Assembly: GCA_949358305.1 (NCBI GenBank)
Contig: OX442314.1
Coordinates: 5,146,001 to 5,210,000, forward strand
Length of the DNA stretch: 64,000 nt
Direction: 5' to 3'
Source: Strigamia acuminata
Lineage: Eukaryota
Made by a program: the position numbers and the translations under genes. The number at the start of each line of letters is the position of its first letter. The stretch's first letter is position 1. The notes under the pieces are model-generated. The model worked only from the letters and a program-made list of their open reading frames with translations, had not been told where the DNA came from and did no database searches. Shown piece after piece: positions 1-14,431 of this stretch.

Positions 1-762
1 AACTAGGCCTGCTTTAAAATGCAAACAAGAGATGTCATGTGCAGCTAGTCCCTATTAAAAAGGTTTGCCTTACATAATTTGTAAGATGGTAATTGGGCTG
101 TCTCAGTGTTCGATGCAAGGAGTCGGTAACCTAATGAGACAAGCAGATTGAATAAAAGATTTCCTAATGTAACTCAAGACTGTTGGCACGAAAAAACAAG
201 TCTTGCTCGTTAACATGTTTAGCTCTTCTGTCGTCCTGTCACAGTGAGTGGGAGAATGTGAAATTGAATATAAATGCTAATATTAATATGTTATTTACTT
301 GTGTATTGGTTTAAATCCGGGATTTTCTCTGCTGGAAATCTGAGCACAAAGTTTTCTGCATTTGTTTATTCATTGGGTGTTTACGTTAGATTAAAGTGGA
401 CAACTGTTTGCTTTTGTTTTATATATTTTGTTGCTGAATACATTGCTATTCATTATTGAATAGCATTCCATCTCATCTAAACAAACAAGACCATGCCAAC
501 AGGCAGGCATTGTTATTGTTGTTTTAAAGGTTTTTTTAAAAGAATTTTTTATTGGATTTCACAAATTGTATTTACATTGTTGTCATTTGAATAAGGTTGA
601 AGAGATGTAGCACGGAAAAACCTGTGATGGGGACAATCATTTAAGACCAACAGCTGAGAATTTCAATAACTGTGTCTCAAGTTCCGGATAGTTAAAAACC
701 ATTAAACATAGAATCCATTTGTCAGACTCCAAAAAGGTGAAGAATCACTGATTTAGTACTTA

Positions 763-1368
763 GTGGTGTCTTCGATTTACACCATGGTGTTTTCGATTAC
801 ACTGCGGTGTCTTCGATTTACACTGCGGTATTTCGATTTACAACGCGGTGTCTTCGATTTACACTGCGGTGTCTGTTGGAATAATTTGTAGTTCCTCAAG
901 TTAATTCCATATTAGTCATTTTATCTCTGTTACTTATAAGTTTCCTTAGTTATTTGTTACTTATAAGTTTCCTTAGTTATTTGTTACTTATAAGTTTCCA
1001 TAGTTATTTGTTACCTATAAGTATCTGTATTTTGCTTTTCCTCTATTTTGCCACCAGATGGCAACTATGTATTGTTTACTTTTATGTATCCATGCATGAT
1101 GCACAATGCAATAAATTGTGGCTTCCAGTTTGCTTTTAATTCCTCAGACATCTATTGAGTTTCACAACAATTTATTCTACGGTGTCTTCGATTTACACTG
1201 CGGTGTCTTCGATTTACATCGCGGTGTCTTCGATTTACACCGCGGTGTCTTTGATTTACACCGCGGTGTCTTCGATTTACACCGCGGTGTCTTCGATTTA
1301 CACCGCGGTGTCTTTGATTTACACTGCGGAGTCTTCGATTTACACCGCGGTGTCTTCGATTTACACTG
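763..1368. repeat. 21-bp minisatellite (GCGGTGTCTTCGATTTACACC) in two blocks (763-873, 1180-1368), separated by a spacer containing a ~27-bp tandem repeat (GTTACTTATAAGTTTCCTTAGTTATTT, ~929-1020)
   Basis: Tandem units read directly. They explain the repetitive ORFs 1118-1447, 1155-1385 and 1177-1401. The unit is self-complementary (CGGTGT...ACACCG). Confidence 0.9.
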
Positions 1369-2842
1369 TGGCAACGGAATGGTAAAAAGTTGCAATCTCA
1401 ATGCTTATGCAGAAGCAGGAGCATATAACAAGGCACCACAGGCGTAGGGTTTGTTACACTTCTGTGTGAGACAGTTTACTGATTGTTTGAGCTCAATTTA
1501 CAACATCCATGGTCCTAAAGGCAGAATACTTGTTGGCCAAATTAGGCCATCTATAAGGAACACCCTATGGGACGTGCTTAATGAAAGAACCGGTCTAGCA
1601 TTTGAATCTGGAACTGGGAAGTCCAATGCAAACAGCGGCAGTTTTAGAGATAGACCAACCAAAATTTTGCCTAGGGCTTTGTGCTTTTAGGAGCCCCCTG
1701 GGATGCCAAATTTTATTTCAATGAAAATGAGGGTTTTTTTTTACAGTTGGGAGGGACCTCACATTTGCCCACATTTGCCTAGGGTCTCCCAGATGCTAAA
1801 ACCACCACTGATTGAAAATTCAGTTAGAGGCGAGTTGTAGATGTTCCTGCCATAGAAACAGCGTTTTAAATCGGACAAGAGCGAGGTCATCCGAGTACCG
1901 GCCAGAACTCCTCTGTTCAAATTGGAGCATTTGATGAGCTTGATAGACCTTTAAGGGCGAGTCCACACAGCGGTCTAGCCAGCGAGGGTGCACGGCACCC
2001 GGGATAAACATTAGGTGCATTCGAAGTCAAATGAATTATTTGACTTATCATAATCTGAATTATCAACAATTCATGCAAGTCAATGGCTGAAATGTTTTAC
2101 CAGCCACAGGAAACGATGTAATTTACATCACTGAAATGATAATTTAATTGCAATAAGTGGCTTATCGATAAGTCTTGATTGGAGTGACATCACAAGTCGC
2201 GGTATTTAAAATATTTAAAATATTTATAAATACTAACATCTCATTGATGAAAGGCTAGAAACGCTTAAAGCGAGGTCCTATTGAAAGTACCCTACTTTTT
2301 ACCAACCCACATCATGTGCCTGCAACTTTTTTTTTATATCTATAAAAATGGATGTTGGGGTTGAGGATAAAAAATTAAAACATTTAAAAACGTATGCCGA
2401 TGAAAAAACCATTTTTCAAAAAGCTCTATCAGGAATTTGCTACGTGGATTGCATATGCTATAAACCACGACTATACGTTTCAGTAATGCAGATTGGCATT
2501 TTCAGCTTCTTTCTTGCCAACTCTATTCACATGTGAAGAATGATTCAGCATTTCTATCAAAATCTATGCTCATTGTTTACTGGAGTGGAGGAAGTCTCTC
2601 TTCCTGCCATTAAGTAATGATGTTAGTACTGATTTAGACGGTTGTTTGTACAGGCCCACGGTAGGTGTTAGGAGGTATAGCTGATTTCAGCTAAATATCA
2701 CTGGAAGCAATGAAGAAATAGAAAAGAGCTAGAACGGTGTTTTCGGAAGGGAGAAAAAAAGCTGTTGTTGCATCGCCAAAGATTGTGGAAATTATTGCAG
2801 TTTTTTTGAATTTGATGATAGATTGAAAGGAAATGGCACTTC

Positions 2843-3010
2843 TTTTTTTCATGTAGCATTGTTGCAACTTTTTTTATGTAGCATTATTGCAACATTTTTT
2901 TCATGTAGCATTATTGCAACATTTTTTTCATGTAGCATAGTTACAACATTTTTTTCATGTCGCATTGTTGCAACATTTTTTTCATGTCGCATTGTCGCAA
3001 CATTTTTTTC
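2843..3010. repeat. ~27-bp minisatellite (CATGTAGCATTATTGCAACATTTTTTT), ~6 copies
   Basis: Tandem units visible directly. Confidence 0.85.
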
Positions 3011-5187
3011 AAGTTGTAACTTCTTAACCAACAATGCTAGACTAAAAAAGTCAATCATAAAGTTGTAGAGCATTTGTTTAGTACAATGAGATTCTTAAAG
3101 CAATATGTTAATCTCAAAAAGACTTTCGCAGTTGAATTTTCTATTGACATATTCCAGGCTTTGACGTTGGGGGCACGACGGTAAGTCGGATTCATTTATA
3201 CAATGCATATTTTATGACATGTAACACAAGTTTCCTGCGACAGATTTTGCTGTCATAAAATTTCTGCCAAATGAATGTAGTGGATGGCAAAGACTTTGCA
3301 TATTTCACAATACAACATGAAAAAATATAAAGAAATAAACAGGGTCATAACATATATAAAAATGTATGGTTTTTTTTCTCTCTCTGGCTGTGGCTGAGCA
3401 ATGTTTTTAAAGTGAAACTACAATAACATTCAAGTAGAACTATTCCTTGACTCCTGGATTTGGATTTGCATTAGAAAATCCACAATGCCAACTGCTAAGG
3501 CAATAATGGCAGCCACAACTCTCAGGTCTTTAAATCTCAACATCCACTTCAGTGCCTATGCAGAGAGGTATTTTCTATACCACTTAGCATCTCCCCTTGG
3601 AGCTCTGTTGGTACCTTTTCGCAAAGTTTTCTAGCGGGGTTTTTGAGTCGATGGATTTTGAGTCATTATTGGAGGGTAAATGAGTCAACAATATCTCTGA
3701 CATTCTGCTGTTGGGCTGAATAGACAAATAGAAACTTTCACTTTAACAGGGCTGGTTCCAGGCATACTGAATGTTCTTGGCTGCTATATTAAGTGTGCAA
3801 TATCTTCACTAAATATCTAGCTGGCCCGGGGCAGGATTACCACCTGTTGGAGTTGAGGGTTAGATTTAAAGGGTGGTAAATGAGTTGGCAACGGTTTTTA
3901 AAAGTATAAATAGAGGTAAATAGATTTGATAGGTTCATAGTAACCGCTGAAGATGACCTTTGGAGGACAAACACGATGTATTGTCAATGTTCGAACCACT
4001 TTTATGCCCTACTTTCTAGCGTGTGATAATATTCTAGGGGATTTGGTTTTAGCAATCAGCACCATCTATTGACCAAAACATGTCAAAATAATAATTTGGA
4101 GCGGTTTTAGAGTAACTCGCCGTTTTATAACCCACAAGCAGCCTTTCGCAAACTCTGTACTATTAGTTGGTTGTATCGGCTTTGTAGTTTTAGCGACTAA
4201 TCTTCTGAGACCGAAGGTCCGGCTTTGCTAGTCTTTCGGATAATCCGATTCAGCGTAAGTATTTCCATCGTCTAGGTACAATGCTCATTTTTGCTGTGTA
4301 AACAGCTAAGGCATTGACTAATGGCTGCTCCGCTTATCTGTTTAGTCAAGTGCTGGGAAATTTGCTCGCGCCGCTTCCAATTTACCATTGTGGATTTAGC
4401 GACAATCAAAACACAGTTTGCGTCCCGTCAAGATTGACCCGTGCCGCTTAGGCCTAATTTCTCTTCTGTCTGCAATCTCCCAGAGTCTGGCCATCTGAAA
4501 CTACTTGTGGTTTTTTTTGCCAACGCTAAAAAGATAAGAGAAAGCTGAAAGCCGCGTATTGGATTGTGGACTGGGTGGAAATGGATGTCTCGAGCAAGCG
4601 TTATTGATTTATTGTGGATGGCATTTGTCAGAGGAAAAGATGGATTTGGCCAGGACATTCCTTGTCTTGTTTCCTCTTTTTCCCACCGGGGAATAATTTA
4701 TGGCCACATAGAATTTGACCCATCATCTTCTTTATTTCATCTTCTCTTTTTTCTCTTTCTTTCCAGTGAATCCGGTGATGACGAGGCTTTTTGGTCTCTG
4801 GTCCATTTTGAACGCCATCATTCTACTCCATTGCGCTATTTGCATACATTATAAACCGTAAGTGTCTTTGTTTTAAGTTTCACGTCTCTGTTTCCTTTGT
4901 TGTCAAATCCTTTAATTAGTTTGTGTCCTCAAGTGACGCCGTTACCAGCTTTTACTCTAGGATGTCTTCTTCAATTTTACATGACTTTTTTTTTTTATTC
5001 TTGACGACTTTCTTCCGGCTTTTTTTCGTGCATTCAAACTTTTATTTGTAGAAGTTTCAGAAGAGGAATAACAAGTGAAAAGCATCCACTTACAATAAAG
5101 CTTTTATTTGGATGCACACATCTCAAAATGTGATAATAAAGTTTGGATAACGACATAAATAGCGCTAAAACTAATAAAGTGCAAAAT

Positions 5188-5297
5188 AATTAAGTTGTCA
5201 CCAAAGGCCTTTCGATCTTTCGATCATCGTCAATTGTGTGCGAAAAAACTGCTGACGATGATCGAAATACCGAAAGGCCTTTGGTGACAACTTAATT
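5188..5297. mobile_element. 45-bp-arm inverted repeat with minimal hammerhead-like cores; probable Penelope-like element terminal remnant
   Basis: Arms 5188-5232 and 5253-5297 are near-perfect reverse complements. The left arm (minus strand) reads TTGACGA-T-GATC-GAAA-GATC-GAAA-GGCC-TT; the right arm reads CTGACGA-T-GATCGAAATAC-CGAAA-GGCC-TT. Weaker outer complementarity extends to ~5145/5350. Confidence 0.5.
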
Positions 5298-5414
5298 GCT
5301 TTACACGCTACCGGTATATGATTTAGCGCTGTTTGTGTCATTAATTCAAAATTTAACCTTTTTGCACCTTGCGTTGATACTTGCCTGATATTGGCTTAAA
5401 AAGTTCAGGCTAGA

Positions 5415-5677
5415 GTGTTCGCACCAAAAACCAAAAAGCCACATATCTAGGCTACCATGCAGCCAATGGACAATCGACTGACCATGTTACGCACAGAATT
5501 GTGGGAAGTGACCTTGGCAGTTATCTAGTTCTTTGGCAATTATCTAGTTCACACAACTGGATTAGAATTATCTAGTTTAAAAAATTTTAAACTAGATAAT
5601 TCTGGGCTAGATACGTTCGAACCAAGAAACAAAACTAGATTTAAACTTTGGGCGAGCCCAAACTTTCTGGTGCGAAC
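5415..5677. mobile_element. Short MITE-like element
   Basis: Terminal inverted repeats TGTTCGCACCA...TGGTGCGAACA, plus internal AATTATCTAGTT/AACTAGATAATT inverted motifs. Confidence 0.45.
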
Positions 5678-5685
5678 AAAGTGGT

Positions 5686-6114
5686 AACTATACTCTTTCC
5701 ACACTCAAGAGGAGTCCTGGAATCTTGGCTTGGCCTAGTCTGATTACTCAGAACTGTAGTTGAACTTCTGCTACGAGGAAAAGTAGTTCCCTATGATTTT
5801 TAGTCTTTTTCAGTAGAATAATGATTGAAATGATGTAAATTTAATGTTACTCTAGAATAAAAAGTAAAATCCATTTTAAAAATAAAGTTTTATGTTCTTT
5901 TTATTTTAAAATGCATGTCTGTTAAGTTGATCGCTTGGTTTGTCAGGACAGAAAATCTATTGCAATGTCTGTACTTCTATTTATATCTGTATATCTGTAT
6001 AACGCGATTCTGGTGTTTTGGGTCTTTTTTTATGTATCACTACACAAGTGAAATGGCTCGGCCAATGGAAGCCAAGATTCCAGGGCTCCTCTTGAGTGTG
6101 GAAAGAGTATAGTT
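5686..6114. mobile_element. MITE with ~45-bp TIRs and probable TA target duplication
   Basis: ACTATACTCTTTCCACACTCAAGAGGAG(T)CCTGGAATCTTGGCTT at the left end is reverse-complemented at ~6068-6114. An inverted partial copy of the same element lies at ~37535-37702. Confidence 0.75.
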
Positions 6115-6311
6115 ACTTTTTGGCCAAGTAACAGTAACTAGTTACCAAATTCCAGCAACGCATGCAACCCTGGTTGCCGGTTGTCGAAGGGTGCCATGCG
6201 CCGGGAGATCACCAGAGACTCACATAGGGGCAACGGGCATCTTAAATATGTCAGGAGGGCCGTGGGTTCTGTTAGAACTTGACTTGCCAGGTGGAACCAA
6301 TCACCTTTACT

Positions 6312-6510
6312 CAGTGCTGGATTAAATCCTGTGGAAGCCCCTAGGTAGACAGTCTCAGCACCTTTTACAAATCATTTTCTAATATCTTTTAGATTTTACC
6401 AATGAACAATTTTAATAAACCAATCAAGAAAGCTTGATTGAATTTTTCTTTCAATATTGTTCTGATAAGTTGTCTCGAGGCCCATAGGCCTATTCGGTAA
6501 TCCGGCAATG
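6312..6510. mobile_element. hAT-like MITE
   Basis: Imperfect TIRs CAGTGCTGGATTA...TAATCCGGCAATG, with GGCCC-type subterminal motifs. Confidence 0.4.
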
Positions 6511-8788
6511 CTTTTAGGGCCCGGTGTATGTGATGATTTCTTTTTCTCATTTTAATTGACGACAAGATTAACACTCATTACAGTTGATCTACAATGGCAC
6601 TAATCTATAAGTTTGGAATAAAACCAAAGGAGACCATTAGAATGCAGCGCATCAGCTGGATGCTGCTGAATTAAGGAAAAAGAGGTTCATCTGGAGCAAT
6701 TGATGCTGGGATCTCTGTAAGAAGTAAATATCTGCACTCAGCAGATATTTGCCATCAAACTTGCTTGCACCTTTTTATATAAGCTCTCAGCTGGTTATCA
6801 GATGACAAAATCTTCTGTTTTAATCTTGGAGAATGTGCAGATTGTTGCATTACATATTCATGAGTCAATAAGAAATGCTAGAAAGACAAATTAATTTTCT
6901 AACAAAACAAAGGCATTCTTTGTTGTGGTTTGCATTCTTTATGATTGGGGGGGGGGGGGGGGTTGGAAGAAGCCTAAGATGAAAGAAAAAATCTGTTTGT
7001 GGAATGAAGTTTATGGACATATATTGGTTTGCACATTGCATCTTCAAGAGCTCTTGTGAGGGACAAATTTATACTTAAAGGGAAACTATTGTTGTACACT
7101 CTTCAATTATCAATGAACTTCTTAAACCAGCAATAGAAGTAAATAGAAAAAACATACCAGTCCAATTTTAGGTTAACTGAGATCCACTTGGAAAGCAATC
7201 TAGAATACTAAGCCGCATTTATATACTGAAAGAAGGAGATGCAAAATACTTTAATACCTATCATTGAATGAATGAAATGGTATACAATCCTTTCGTTGAC
7301 GGTCAAATCATGTCGTTGTTGTCGGGAAATCGTGAGAGATCACGAACTTAGTGGTTTTCTGGACAGCAAAAATGTGTTTTTTTTTTGGATTTATTTATTT
7401 ATTTATTGTTTAAATAAATTGGAAATATAGGGATAGCATTATTTTGTTGTAATAATATCAGAAATAAATTGTCATTTCTGTAACAATCACAGAAGTTATT
7501 TTATGTAACAATGCAGGGGTGGACCTATCATTATTGGACGCACCTTACTAAACAAATGATGCTCTATAACTTTACAATTGACATTTTTTGGATTGTATTG
7601 TTACATAGGATTTCTCGTCGGTCGGATTTCGGCAGAAAATAAATGCAATTTGGTCGTAGCCTCAAGTTGCAAAATGACTGCGGCGGTAATTAGCAAGAAA
7701 TTTACCTGCGTAGTTGCAGGCTTTAAAAATGAGTTTAACTCCTCCCCTTCCCCTCCCCTTATAATTTTTGAAAGCTAAGTCTTAATTCCAGTCATCTAGA
7801 ATCTTATGTATTCATGGGCTGCTCATTAGTGAAGTGTCCACTCCACTTTAAAAAGGCTTGGAATTACCGGCAAATTATTAGACGTCGATTTAAATGAATA
7901 GGACATCAATTCCTGCTGTGAGAATGTTGGAACATACAAAAATCTATATTCCAAGTTTACATGTTTATTGTTGACATTACCATGAGCATTGTTGCAGTGA
8001 AAAATCATTGTATTGTTTTCTTAAAAACAACTACTATTATAATGTCATCTGTGATGGTTTTTTATTTCCTGAAATAATTTAGTGCAAACACTTAAGCGAA
8101 ACATGTGTATTAATAAGTGTTGGTATGTGTTTCTTTTGTTTATTTTCCAGTGTGGTGGTGTTGGCTGCTTGTTCCCTGCTTCTTTCCATGCTGAACTACA
8201 TGAGCGAGACTTTTATCTACCAGACCACACCCTTTGGCTTTTCAGTCATCTTTCCCATCGGAGTTTGCTGTGAGTACATTTTATATTTCTTCCTTGCAAA
8301 ATGCATCCACTTTTTAGATCAATGATGGCAAGGTATTTGAACGCTTACAAATATCGAACAAATGCATTACGCAGTCGACGATTTCTTCAAGCCAAGTCGC
8401 CATTTGTATTCGTCTGCTGCCATTTGCAGCCGTGTCATTACCAGTATGCCACATAAAGGGAGTGTGCAAAAGACACAAAAACTGCTATCAGAAATTGGGC
8501 AATAGATAAGGGTGCCTGAAGGAGTGTGCTGTGCTTCTGGCAATGCTTGGTCAAAATGTATAATTACAACAAATTGGAAATGTGTGAGCAATAGCTCCCC
8601 CTGGGGGTAAGTCTTAGCATTCAGGGATCTGTTCTATATTTAAATGTTTCTTTTGATGAATAAAGGAGTCTAGTAATAAAAACCATACCTAATGGTTTTC
8701 TAATCATTCTCACAAAATGAGAAGCATTAATCGGAAGATTGGCTCGCGCGAGCGAGATTTTGGGTGTTTTGCGCGTTGTAATTTGCGA

Positions 8789-9255
8789 TGTAAATGTAAC
8801 GGTAACGCAACGGAAATGTAATGGTAACGTAACGGAAATGTAACGATAACGTAACGGAAATGTAACGGTAACGTAACGGAAATGTAACGTTAATGTAACG
8901 ATAATGTAATAGAACTACAATGGTAACGTAACAGAAATGTAACGTTAATGTAAGGATAATGTAATAGAACTGTAATGGTAATGTAACGGAAATGTAACGT
9001 TAATGTAACGATAACGTAACGGAAATGTAACGTTAATGTGACGATAACGTAATAGAACTGTAACGGTAACGTAACGGAAATGTAACGGTAACGTAACGGA
9101 AATGTAACGGTAACATAACGGAAATGTAACGGTAATGTAACGATAACGGTAACTTAGCTACCTATGTAACGGTAACGGTTGGAACTAGTTACTTTTTTTG
9201 CCAAGTGACGGTAACGGTAACTAGTTACCAAATTCCAGCAACGCACACAACACTG
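8789..9255. repeat. GTAACG-based minisatellite (~22-bp unit GTAACGGTAACGTAACGGAAAT) ending in a dispersed DNA-transposon-like terminus
   Basis: Tandem units visible. The terminus TAGTTACTTTTTTTGCCAAGT...ACTAGTTACCAAATTCCAGCAACGCACACAACACTG recurs at ~6110-6172. Confidence 0.75.
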
Positions 9256-12200
9256 CATGTACGGTCAATTTTTATTGACCCGTTCGTAAGTTCTGATTTT
9301 TGGAGGCCCAGAACGGTCCAAAATTTCTCGGCATATGATTGGGCGTAGACGGTATCTAACAATTTTAAGGGGAGATGAGATTTTTCCAAAGCCTTAGCTT
9401 AGGAATGCTTGCAGTAGGTGGCGCGCTGAAAAAGTGGAAAGTAGAAACAAAAGAAAAGGGCTGAATCACAATGGATGTCTCAAACGATGCCATTTGTGGC
9501 TAGATTGCTATTGATTGACGCAAAACTGCTTCATCAACCATCTCGGCTAATAGCGAAAAATGTGGAAATTGAAGAATAGAAGAGGAAAATAATGTTTAGC
9601 ATGCTGGGGTTGTGTTGACATCTTTAAAAGAACTGCATTTTGTACTCAGTAGCTGTAAATTCTGATTTCCAGTAAGAGAAAGATTTACTACCTTAGCATC
9701 GGCAAAGGCCGTATGTTCAGAAAATCTCACATAAAATAACACAGAAAGAACATATACATAAATAAAAATAAAATAAACTATTACCACTAGCTGCATTCAA
9801 AAACTAAAATATTTTGTGTTTTACTTCAATTTTAAACCAAAAATGACGTCATTTCCTGTTTAAACCCATGTTAAAACTTAAAATACACTTAAACTAAAAT
9901 TGTTATTTTTATTTTTGAATGCGGCTACTCTTTTGGTTGGAACTGGCCTACAGTTTGCACATGGAAATTATTTATTAATATATCGGCATTTAGTCGTGTA
10001 GCGAAATGGCATTTAGTCGTGTAGCGAAATGGCATTTTAGTGTTCGTTTAATTAGCAAAGAATTGAATTCCTTTCTTCGGTGCACATTTGAGTAATTTAA
10101 GGTTGTTATCTTTATTCCAACAACAAGTTCTTTGCTAAGTTTCTAAGCCATTTAACACTCTTTAATTGAGTCAGATAAAAAAAAATAATTGTAAAGTGTC
10201 AATCAATTGGAGAAGTTGGGGGAAAGCAAAAAAGACATGAGTGCATTAACTTTTTCCTTTGTCGAGATCTAATGAAGAAAAAAAAATCACTGGCAAGTCT
10301 GGTTTTCATTGTAAAATAACAAGTGTTTAACTCAATGGACTTGTTAATCAAGAAATGCACTTTAAAAGCACAATGTTTTGTCCATTTTGCCATTTTTCTT
10401 TCTTTTCTTTCGCCAAATTGAATTAGAGCGCACGACATTTGTAATTAATGATCTTCTGATTCCTTGGGATTAATGTACTATCTGGAAAACTAAGAAGTGG
10501 ATTAATGACTTTAGATGCTGCCACGATTAAACGGCCATTTCCAAAAGGGGAAGAAAAAAAAGAATTAACCTTTTGAAAACATTGGGCAATAATCATATTG
10601 CGTCAACATCGAGCTTCGGCCATCGCAAACAGTTTATCTCGAAAACTGGCCTTTGACCTCGTGATCGATGTCGATCAATTTCGCACTTCGAAACCACCAG
10701 GGATAAGGAACAATTCCAAATTAGAAAGTGGCAGAGCACTATTGATTGGGGAAAATGAAGCTGGAATTCTAACGCCTCCAATGGCAATTAAACAATGCAG
10801 AAGCATGCAGTGAAGTGTTGCTAGCCGGGTCTTAAAAGCATTTTAACATTTATTTAAATATTTGAAATAGCATTGTGCAAAAATCTGCTTATTAAACATG
10901 TGTAAACACATTTAGATTTGTTTAAATGACTTGTCAAACCCAGTTACCGCTTTGATGGGCAATATTTCAAACACTAGATGAATTGGATTTGATAAACAAA
11001 TAATCAAAACCACAACAACACCACAAATAACACCACTACAACACCATAACAATCCCCACAATCCACAACAGTGAACATTTTGAATTCATTATTGATGGGC
11101 TGCCTGTCAAAACACTGACACTTTATTTCCTTTCGGTCTTCAGAACGGTTGTGAACTTGTGTTTATTCTGTCCTAGGCTGTCACTCTTTTCTCTTGTTCT
11201 GTAGTCCCAAGTAAACCCTAATCTTAAGCCTAAATCTAAGCCTTTTAGCATGCTGCATTGTTGCAATAATGTTTCTCTTACACACAACCTGGACTCCGGT
11301 CACCGAACGACACCTAAAATTCATACATTGTTATTTGAGTCTTCTGGAAGCCTAAAAGTAGATAAAAATAACATTTCTGTTTGAAAAATTATATTTATCT
11401 CTATTTATATAAAAAATTGCAATGTCATGGCAGCCACTAGCCATAGATAAACACTTCACTTTGTTCTAACACAGGCCTGTGACAGTTTTCTCCACTCAAT
11501 CTTTCCAGCAAGACCTATCTAACCTAGAACTGCCATTTGTAATGTGTTAACATGCAGTCACCATTTTGGGTGTTAGTTATTGGTGCTTATAATTTGAAGC
11601 TATTTGGTGGCCTATATCTCACTTACACCCAACTGCCTTGTGCATGGAGTTTCCAGCTCAGAGGGAAAATGAATTCCTCACAGCATGATGTTAGTGGCAT
11701 TTAGTGTAATATAAACCACATGAGATAACTTTAAGCTGAACATTCACCTAATTTTAATTATTTAATCACACAACAACTTCAGCTGGTTGCTTTAAATGGT
11801 CATTTTCTTTTAATAAAGCTAATTAATGCTTTGTGTTTGTGGTTTGGCAACAATTTGTTTATGGGTGAATCACAAATACAAAACATAGGAATTGTTTTAA
11901 GGGGGTTGGGAGGGTCAGATGGTGTTAAAAAGTCTTGGAATGCAGTTGTTGTAAGTTATGGGTTGCTGCTAAATTAAGGGAGAAGGCTGAAGTGGTGAAA
12001 ATGGATGTATTTATTGGCCATTGTCCACTTTGTGTACACCAATTTTGCCACCTGCAACTCTTTGCCACTGCAGGGCTCTACACAGTCAGTAACCTCATCC
12101 CGGAGCCGATGCCGCCTTGGAACATTTTTCCTGCTTTAAAAAACAACTTGCAAGGCTTTGTTGATAAAATGAATTGCTTTAGTTCTTACAGCGCGGCTAT

Positions 12201-12499
12201 TAATCTTCTGTGGATAATTTGTGTTTTTTGTGAGGAATAAAATGCAAGTGGGGAAATGAATCAGTTTATTGTCCTCAGATGAGGGTGTGGGCTTTAAAGG
12301 GGGTCTCAGGACTGGAATGAAAATAAAAAGCGTGATGAAAATGCTGAAATGTCTTTTTTATTGCTCATATTGTTGCATAAACATGTTATTGCAGTCTAAT
12401 CCGGTGATAGCGAAACGTCGAAAGTTGTGAAAGTCGGTCGGTTAGCATTGTTTTATTTATTTATTTTATTTTGTTATTAACTTTTGCGGTTGTCGTTGT

Positions 12500-12752
12500 T
12501 TTTGTTTTCGTTTTTATCATTGTTAGTTGTTTTTGTTTTTACTATTGTTAGTTACTTTTGTTTTTATCATTGTAAGTTACTTTTGTTTTAATCATTGTTA
12601 GTTGTTTTTTGTTTTTATCATTGTTAGCTAATCTTTATATTTATCATTGTTAGTTAATCTTTATTTTTATCTTTGTTAATTATCTTTGTTTTTATCTTTG
12701 TTAATTATCTTTGTTTTTATCATTGTTAGTTAATCTTTGCTTTTATCATTGT
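12500..12752. repeat. Degenerate T-rich minisatellite (TTTTGTTTTTATCATTGTTAGTTA-like, ~26-bp unit)
   Basis: Tandem units visible. Confidence 0.75.
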
Positions 12753-14431
12753 TTATTATTTCATTTATTCATTCACTTTTTTTCACTTTTTTCTTGAAAA
12801 GATACTGACTAACCCATAAAAGAGAAATCTTCTGACAATTATGTCAAGACATGTTGGATAAAGGATACGTTTCTAGCAGACGGTGACTAGGCTCCGTTTA
12901 GAGCTTAGTGACGTCGCTAGTGCCTCTACTACGACTGCGCATAGGGCTACGATGGTATTTGTCGTGCCGTGCCGCTGAGAGAGAAAGACATTGAGTTCCG
13001 GAAGGGAAGTGTGTGGAGCGTTCCATACATCTCGAGGTCAAACTCGAGAAATCTTCCCAAGTCCATCTCGAGTTTAACCCGAATCCGACCGAAAGCCGAC
13101 CGGCCGTTGGACAAGGTGCAAAAGACAACGCGGCTGTTTTTATTGTTCTCGGCTTTTATTTATTTAATTATTTTTCTTTTTGGTTTACGGCCAGCATTTT
13201 TCATACTCTTGGGAATCTGCCAAAACATTTTTTTGGCTTACTGGCCTATTTTAGGGCTTAAATTCAAGTAGGCACTTAAATTCTAATTAACTCTCGTGAT
13301 GGCCACTAATGCAAAGATAAGCTATAAAGCAACAAAGAGCTCCGACCTTGTGGTCATCATCAGGTTGTGAACCCTCACTTTCTGGCAGTAAAATGAAAAT
13401 CATATCGAGCTTTCGGAGGCCGCATTCACTAAAAAACCATTTAAGAACCAACGCTGATAACTAGCGATTATTATCCCATTGTTAAAATATGACCATAAAT
13501 CAAAGATAAGATCCAACACTATCGAAGAAACCAAGTTTAATGGAATTTGCTCCAGGACTTCTCCCTGAAAGAGCCAGAAGTATCGCAAGTTTCACAATTA
13601 TCCGAGAAGTCACTGGAGGAAGGAGAAGCCATTTTCACTTGTTAATTGAACAACCGGCATGTCTTTGGTGGGATATACAATTTCCAGGCTTAAAGTCAAT
13701 CCGATACACACGACTACGGAGGAAGACGCATAAAATGGAACTTTTAATAAATGCATAAACAGAAAGCCGGCTTTATGACTCATCTATTCAACAATAAAGT
13801 CGATTCTTGAGATACAGTGTGATTTAGGTGGCCATCAATTTTCTTAATCTTTTCGGCTTCTTACACTGGGCATATTCCCAAAGGACAAGTAGAATCTCTA
13901 AACTGCTTAATGTTTCTAAATAACATTTTATGTCATCATATTGTCAATATAAAAGTCCATTGTTGCAAATGGCCAAAATGTTAGCGGAACATCAATTCAA
14001 CGGAGGCCAGGATGGCCTAGGGACAACTATTGTTGGTGTCAGTATATTTTATGTGCTGCCCAAGGCAATTCCTCTTCCTCCAGTGTGGCCCTGGGAAGAC
14101 AGGATGTTGACACTCCTGCCCTAGGCAAAAACCTAGCCTGCCTGCCCCTAAATTTGCCATGGGCAATCAGCTGAGATATATTTTACCCGTAGGATATAAT
14201 CTTAGAAATGACTGACACAACCAGTATTTATTACCTGACCGCCAATTTTTTTTAAACCGGCAATCTATCTTGTCAGCTGCTCTATATTAAGATGGCGGAT
14301 TGATCGGTTTGGCAAGCCCCGAAAGTCAGACTACCAAATACAGATCGGTCACTCTTCAACAAACTACGGGTAAATGCCCTGACTAACATTCTTCTTCAAT
14401 CTGCTTCGATAACCGATAGGAAGAGTTCATC

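Noticed and set aside
763..1368. CRISPR-like array of palindromic 21-bp repeats
   Set aside because: Units are head-to-tail with no unique spacers, there are no cas genes, and the context is eukaryotic; it is a minisatellite.
12898..13271. Possible host exon(s) in GC-richer patches (also 20863-21150, 22925-23290, 38249-38832, 60443-61072)
   Set aside because: No recognisable protein similarity or consistent splice-flanked frame by eye. Small exons cannot be excluded without RNA-seq.
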